This document shows, in pieces, positions 59,192-64,000 of a stretch of 64,000 bases of DNA; position 1 is the stretch's first letter, and every line of letters begins with the position of its first letter. The DNA lies in NCBI GenBank assembly GCA_027038835.1, contig JALWGC010000011.1, positions 12,837 through 76,836 on the forward strand, given 5' to 3'. Source of the stretch: Helicobacteraceae bacterium. GTDB lineage: Bacteria > Campylobacterota > Campylobacteria > Campylobacterales > Sulfurimonadaceae. The notes under the pieces were generated by a model. It had not been told where the DNA came from. It ran no database searches and worked only from the letters and a program-made list of their open reading frames with translations. The position numbers and the translations under genes were made by a program.

Positions 59192-60192
59192 GGCTTGAAA
59201 ACGTCGTCGCACTTACTTCCGCGCAGCTTCTTACCACACCCGAAGTAAGTGTGTTTCAAAAGATACTTTTCGATCCAGCCAAAGTGAAGCGCGGAGATCT
59301 TTTCGTCGCAATCGAGAGTGACGACATCTCTCTTGCTTTACAAAACGGCGCGTACGGTGTGTTGTTCGAAAAGCAGGCACAAATCTCCGATACCGAAGTA
59401 GCATGGATAAAAGTCAAAAATCTAAACGATGCCCTTTTACGTTTGCTTCGTTTCCGTTTTATCGAACTCGAGCTTGAGGCGTATGCCTGTGATAGCGTCG
59501 TTTTGGAGCTTGCCAAGCAGATAGACACTTCCGAAGAGATCGTCGTCATAGACGGAAATATACAAGAACTTGTGAAGCGTTTTTGGGACTTGCCGCCAAA
59601 GACAAAAGCGCTTTTTTGTCCTAAAAAACTCTCAAGCGATCTTTTCATAGACCCAAAACAACTTACCGACATCGCAAAGTACCCTATCGAAGTGGTTGAA
59701 AAAACCCTGTTTGAAACATCGTTTATATTCGACGACAGATACTACGAGCGCATCGCATTGTCTGCCTTTTTCATCCCCTATTTGCAAAAGCTTCTGAACT
59801 TCTACAAAACGCTTGACGTTTCGTTCGGGCTGCGTGGGTTTGAAAACCTCCCCCACTTCGAAATCGTTTTCGCGACAAAAAATCTCACTCCGACACAAAC
59901 GGGAGCGAGCGAAACGGTTTTGATATTCGAGCGTGATATGGAGTTTGTAGAAGATGCGATGGAGTATTTACAAAAAGAGATGCGATGGGCGAAGCTCCTT
60001 TTTTTGCTTCCAAGAAGTTTCGAAGCGAGCGATTGCCCTGTTTGTCGCTATTACGATACAACAAGAGAAGTGTTCAACATCCTCAAAACTACGCCGTTTC
60101 ACTTCGCGCTCGTTTGCGGTAGCGGAAGTGAGATTTTAAACGAAGAAAAAGAAACCGCAGAACCGAAACAACTGACATTCGAGTTGATTTAA
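59188..60192 (+). CDS. hypothetical protein with MurF-N-terminal-like domain but no P-loop
   Basis: ATG 59188 overlaps the metG stop (ATGA). The first ~80 aa resemble the Mur ligase N-domain (FDPAKVKRGDLFVAIESDD..ALQNGAYGVLFE). No GxxGKT motif follows. Confidence 0.45.
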   Translation: MRLENVVALTSAQLLTTPEVSVFQKILFDPAKVKRGDLFVAIESDDISLALQNGAYGVLFEKQAQISDTEVAWIKVKNLNDALLRLLRFRFIELELEAYACDSVVLELAKQIDTSEEIVVIDGNIQELVKRFWDLPPKTKALFCPKKLSSDLFIDPKQLTDIAKYPIEVVEKTLFETSFIFDDRYYERIALSAFFIPYLQKLLNFYKTLDVSFGLRGFENLPHFEIVFATKNLTPTQTGASETVLIFERDMEFVEDAMEYLQKEMRWAKLLFLLPRSFEASDCPVCRYYDTTREVFNILKTTPFHFALVCGSGSEILNEEKETAEPKQLTFELI

Positions 60193-60216
60193 ACCAGAGA
60201 AACAAAAGGAAAGAAA

Positions 60217-60747
60217 ATGAAAAAAATATTACTCTCAAGTATGCTTGCACTCAGCCTTTTTGGCTATGAAGCGAACAATGTTCATATCGAATTCAAAGCG
60301 TTCAAAACTCCACTAAAAAAAGGGGTAGAAGGAACTTTCGACAATATAATTTTACATTCACACAAGGCGAAAAACTTCAAAGAAGCACTCCTTGAAACCG
60401 CCGTTACTATCGATACATCGTCCGTAAACAGTAAAAACACCCAAAGGGACGAAAAACTCGTAGCATCTTTTTTCGATATCCAAGGGGTGAAAAAAATCGA
60501 AGCCAAAATAATCAAGGTAGAGAAAAAAATCCTTGTAGTGGCGATAACGATGAACGATAAAACCCTCAATATACCGTTTAAATACGAAAAAGAGTTTCGG
60601 GAAGTGGAAGCCGAAGGTGTCATAGACCTTGCCGATTTCGACATGCTTCCTTCACTACAATCGATAAACAAAGCGTGTTACGATTTGCATCAGGGGAAAA
60701 CTTGGCAAGATGTCGAGTTGGAATTCGAGCTTACATTTGATAAATAG
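60217..60747 (+). CDS. YceI-like periplasmic polyisoprenoid-binding protein
   Basis: Signal peptide. FKAFKT..VEGTF and DTSSVNSKNTQRDEKL motifs of the YceI family. Confidence 0.8.
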   Translation: MKKILLSSMLALSLFGYEANNVHIEFKAFKTPLKKGVEGTFDNIILHSHKAKNFKEALLETAVTIDTSSVNSKNTQRDEKLVASFFDIQGVKKIEAKIIKVEKKILVVAITMNDKTLNIPFKYEKEFREVEAEGVIDLADFDMLPSLQSINKACYDLHQGKTWQDVELEFELTFDK

Positions 60748-60791
60748 CACTTTTTTAAAGTATAATTCACTATCTAACTTTGGGAAAGAAA

Positions 60792-61922
60792 ATGGATAGA
60801 CGAAAATTTTTGCTCACTTCGACTGCAGTCGGTGCGACGGTTTTGAGTTTGGATGGATGCAACGACAGCAATAGGGTCGCCATAGATTACTCCAAACACC
60901 CCAAACATACCGATAAAAAAGCGGTATATATCAACAAAGGAAAGAAAACCACCATCAAACTAGCCACATCATGGCCGGCGCATTTTCCAATCATGGGAGA
61001 AGGCGTGGAGGCGTTCGCAGCGCGTCTGGATGCTATAAGCGGCGGGTCGCTGAAGGTGAAGCTCTATCCGAAAAACGTTCTCGTTCCGGCACTTGCGGTA
61101 TTCGATGCTACAAGCAGCGGGCAGATAGACGCTTTTCACTCCGGTCCATACTACTGGAAAGGGAAAAACAGTGCGTTTTCCCTTTTTAGCGGGATTCCGT
61201 TTGGTTTCGATGCGGAAGAGATAAACTCTTGGATGATTTACGGTGAGGGGTTGCAACTTTGGCGTGAGCTTTACGCACGTTACAACCTCTACCCGCTTCT
61301 TGGAGGCAATACCAACATCCAAATGGGAGGCTGGTTCAGAAAAGAGATAAAATCGCTTGCGGATATGCAAGGATTGAAAATGCGAATACCGGGCCTTGGC
61401 GGTGAGGTTATGGCGAAACTCGGGGTAAATCCGGTTTTGTTGCCTGCAGGAGAGATTTACACTTCACTCGAGCGCGGCGTAATAGACGCTACGGAGTGGG
61501 TCGGACCGGCACTCGATATCAAAATGGGCTTTTACAAAGTCGCTCCGTACTACTACAGCGGGTGGCATGAACCCGGAAGTATTCTCGAGCTTACTTTCAA
61601 CAAAGCGTTTTGGGACAAGCTTTCCGATGAGCAGAAACAGATGATAGACGTGTGCTCAAGCGAAATGAACGCCAACATGACCTACCGTTTCCATTACGAA
61701 AATATCCATACGTTAAAAACACTCAAAGAAAAAGGGGTAAAATTAAGAAAATTCCCCGATGAAGTAACGCAAGCAGGGAAAAAAGCACTTGGAGAAGTAG
61801 TAGCTCAATTAAGCGCGAAAAACAAAGAGTTCGAACGGGTGTACGAATCTATCGCCAAGCATCTCGAACTTTCAAAAGAGTTCGCAGATATCAGCTTGAA
61901 ATATTTTCTCGATATCCGATAA
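60792..61922 (+). CDS. TRAP-type transporter substrate-binding protein (DctP family) with Tat signal
   Basis: Twin-arginine signal MDRRKFLLTSTAVGATVL and a DctP-like body. No DctQ/DctM genes are adjacent. Confidence 0.75.
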   Translation: MDRRKFLLTSTAVGATVLSLDGCNDSNRVAIDYSKHPKHTDKKAVYINKGKKTTIKLATSWPAHFPIMGEGVEAFAARLDAISGGSLKVKLYPKNVLVPALAVFDATSSGQIDAFHSGPYYWKGKNSAFSLFSGIPFGFDAEEINSWMIYGEGLQLWRELYARYNLYPLLGGNTNIQMGGWFRKEIKSLADMQGLKMRIPGLGGEVMAKLGVNPVLLPAGEIYTSLERGVIDATEWVGPALDIKMGFYKVAPYYYSGWHEPGSILELTFNKAFWDKLSDEQKQMIDVCSSEMNANMTYRFHYENIHTLKTLKEKGVKLRKFPDEVTQAGKKALGEVVAQLSAKNKEFERVYESIAKHLELSKEFADISLKYFLDIR

Positions 61923-61926
61923 ACCC

Positions 61927-63237
61927 ATGAGATACATATTATCGACTCTTGCATTTGTATCGGTAGCGTATGCATCCAACGTTACGGGTGTGGTGGTCGA
62001 TGCAAAAACGAAAAAACCACTTGCAAACGCTCTTGTCTGCGACAAAAGCGAATGTATCCGAAGCGATAAAAACGGGTATTTTAGCATCAAAACCGATAAA
62101 AAAACACTCCACATCAAAGCACTTGGATATAGACCTTACAGTTTCCAAGCCAAAAAAAACACCGACACCCACCCTCTTCGTCCAATCCGCGTAAAAGCGC
62201 TTTATCTTACTTTTTGGGGAGCTTCGCCACACTCAAAAACGTTCAACAATACCCTTTCTATCATCGATAAAACAGAGGTAAACGCCGTCGTCGTCGATAT
62301 CAAGAACGAATATGGCAACACTTCTTATAAAACAGGCGTCAAACAAGCCAACAGCTACGGTGTATGGCATAAACGAACCATCAAGCATATAGAGCGTTTT
62401 ATGAAGATTCTCAAAGAGCACGATGTATATACGATAGCACGCATAGTCACTTTCAAAGACGAACTCCAAGCGGTGAACAACCAAGAATACGCCATCAAAA
62501 AACAAAACGGTGAAATCTGGCGAAACCATGACAATATGGCGTGGGTCGATCCTTTTGACAAACGAAGCTGGAAATATGTCGTCGATATCGCCGAAGATGC
62601 GGCAAAAAGGGGGTTTGACGAAATCAACTTCGATTATATCCGCTTCCCGGCTAAAGCGGGACTGCTTCTTCGAAAACCAAACACACAACAAAACCGCACC
62701 AAAACCATAGGTGCATTTTTGGAATATGCCAAAAAAAGATTGCAAAAGTACGGTGTTTTCATCTCCGTCGATACCTACGGCAATATTTTGTGGAGTAAAG
62801 ATGACAACAACATCGGTCAGACGGTGGAAGTGTTCGCTCGTCATGCGGATTACCTCTGCCCCATGCTCTACCCTTCCGGTTTCGCGTATGGCTCTTTCGG
62901 GTTCGATTATCCCGCATCGCAACCCTACGAAGTGATATACCGTAGCATCAAGCACGTAAGCGACAAAATAGAACTCGACCGCCTTCGCCCATGGGTACAG
63001 GCATTTCGTGATTATACGAAAAAACGCTATCGCTACGGAGTGTTCGAGATACGTGAGCAAATAGCCGCTGCAAACGACCTTGGAACCAACGGCTGGATAC
63101 TCTGGTCACCTTCAAGCAAATACAAACAAGCGTATTTTTTAAGTCAGGAAGAGGAGCATACCTTCAAACGGAAGAAAAAACTTTCTATTTTTCCAGATAC
63201 CGCTCCATCAACTTGTAGAATTTTTTTGAATGATTGA
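61927..63237 (+). CDS. DUF4015-type putative glycoside hydrolase with N-terminal carboxypeptidase-regulatory-like domain
   Basis: Signal peptide, a CarboxypepD_reg-like beta sandwich (VTGVVVDAKTKKPLANALV...NGYFSI), then a TIM-barrel-like region (VVDIKNEYG; FDEINFDYIRFP). Confidence 0.65.
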   Translation: MRYILSTLAFVSVAYASNVTGVVVDAKTKKPLANALVCDKSECIRSDKNGYFSIKTDKKTLHIKALGYRPYSFQAKKNTDTHPLRPIRVKALYLTFWGASPHSKTFNNTLSIIDKTEVNAVVVDIKNEYGNTSYKTGVKQANSYGVWHKRTIKHIERFMKILKEHDVYTIARIVTFKDELQAVNNQEYAIKKQNGEIWRNHDNMAWVDPFDKRSWKYVVDIAEDAAKRGFDEINFDYIRFPAKAGLLLRKPNTQQNRTKTIGAFLEYAKKRLQKYGVFISVDTYGNILWSKDDNNIGQTVEVFARHADYLCPMLYPSGFAYGSFGFDYPASQPYEVIYRSIKHVSDKIELDRLRPWVQAFRDYTKKRYRYGVFEIREQIAAANDLGTNGWILWSPSSKYKQAYFLSQEEEHTFKRKKKLSIFPDTAPSTCRIFLND

Positions 63238-63781
63238 AATGCACGATATGTGCGAGTTCATGGACGACCACTTCGTCTATGAACGCTTTGGGGCGTTTTA
63301 TCAAGTTGGTGTTGAATGTAAGCACTCTATCTTTTGAACAACTCCCCCATCTGCGTTTCATCTTCCGAAATCCGATACGGCTGTATTCAAGCCCCATTTT
63401 TTTTGCGAAATACTCCACCCTTTTTGGTATGTACTCTTTTGCGAGATTTTTGTAAAAAAAGTCTATGTGTCTTTGGTAGTTTTGTGGTGTTTTAACTTTG
63501 ATATTATTTAGTATATTTCGTAATTCAGGGATATTCTCTATATTTTCGATTGCACCGAACAACTCTATCTCTTTAGCAAAAAGCGGTTTTTGACGTTTGT
63601 TCTTTTGGCTGTGCTTGGCTATCCATACAGCTTTTTTCTCTAAAAGTTCAAAAATGAACTCTTTGGAGACTTTCGGCGTTTTTAGATGCACCTCTCCATA
63701 CTCGTCGATGGAGATGTAACTATGTTTGAGTCGAGGCTTGATAGTATGGTGAATCGTTACGCCGTTATGGATAAACTGCAT
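63185..63781 (-). CDS. YgjP-like (DUF45) metal-dependent hydrolase
   Basis: HEXXH motif in [18 protein letters not shown] near the C-terminus. Length and layout are typical of DUF45/M48-like proteins. Confidence 0.75.
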   Translation of the reverse strand: MQFIHNGVTIHHTIKPRLKHSYISIDEYGEVHLKTPKVSKEFIFELLEKKAVWIAKHSQKNKRQKPLFAKEIELFGAIENIENIPELRNILNNIKVKTPQNYQRHIDFFYKNLAKEYIPKRVEYFAKKMGLEYSRIGFRKMKRRWGSCSKDRVLTFNTNLIKRPKAFIDEVVVHELAHIVHFNHSKKFYKLMERYLEK

Positions 63782-64000
63782 ATTGCAAGGGGTCTTTCAC
63801 TCCCGCTTTTTCAAACCCGTTTAAACGTAGTCTGCAACTATCGCATACACCACACGCGACATCTTCGTTTTGGTAGCAGCTCCAAGTCAGCTCGAGCGGC
63901 ACGTCGAGTTCGACGGCCTTTTGGACGATTTGACTCTTTTTTAGATGCACCAAAGGCATTTTTATCTCAAATTTTGTTTGGGGTTTCGTCCCAAGATTCG
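63765..64000 (-). CDS. queC: 7-cyano-7-deazaguanine synthase, C-terminal part (gene continues beyond window)
   Basis: TWSCY and the zinc motif [10 protein letters not shown]. The frame stays open to nt 64000. Confidence 0.85.
   Translation of the reverse strand, partial: NLGTKPQTKFEIKMPLVHLKKSQIVQKAVELDVPLELTWSCYQNEDVACGVCDSCRLRLNGFEKAGVKDPLQYAVYP

Overview
This 64-kb window reads as core chromosome from a member of the Campylobacterota (epsilonproteobacteria-type gene content and synteny). I could not run any searches, so all calls rest on reading the ORF translations and the DNA by eye.

The backbone includes:
- a hybrid sensor kinase and a nitrite/sulfite-reductase-like protein
- a tandem (tRNA-Gln / tRNA-fMet) x2 array
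- ribBA and a methyl-accepting chemotaxis protein (MCP)
- a lipid-recycling pair (MFS-acyltransferase fusion + dgkA), cmoB, and a sigma54-driven flgL
- ftsK, acnB, lolA-secA-lolC/E, an AsmA/YhdP-like giant and mltG
- a long TCA / reverse-TCA cluster: icd-mdh-fumarase(alpha,beta)-sucCD-oorDABC
- a TetR regulator, RNase P RNA, an orphan response regulator and tRNA-Glu
- glnS, a GluRS-like paralog, yggT-slt-mobB-fbp, metG, yceI, a TRAP binding protein, a DUF4015 hydrolase, a DUF45 hydrolase and the 3' part of queC

One clearly accessory segment stands out at about 51.7-57.25 kb. It is abruptly AT-rich, lies on the opposite strand to its neighbours, and sits between the fbp-associated small ORF and metG. 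It carries a 1514-aa DUF4011-like SF1 helicase fused to a DUF559/Vsr-like nuclease, followed by a DUF4160/DUF2442 pair. This is my best candidate for a defence-type or otherwise undescribed system.

Other observations worth follow-up:
- four 16-bp ATGAAC-N4-GTTCAT palindromes phased exactly 32 bp apart between the TetR gene and rnpB
- a GlnRS-YqeY fusion placed divergently next to a GluRS paralog that has lost its HIGH and KMSKS motifs
- an MCP combining a periplasmic CxxCH (heme c) sensor with a C-terminal PilZ domain
- a receiver domain fused to a ribbon-helix-helix (RHH) DNA-binding domain

I saw no CRISPR array, rRNA, transposase or integrase.
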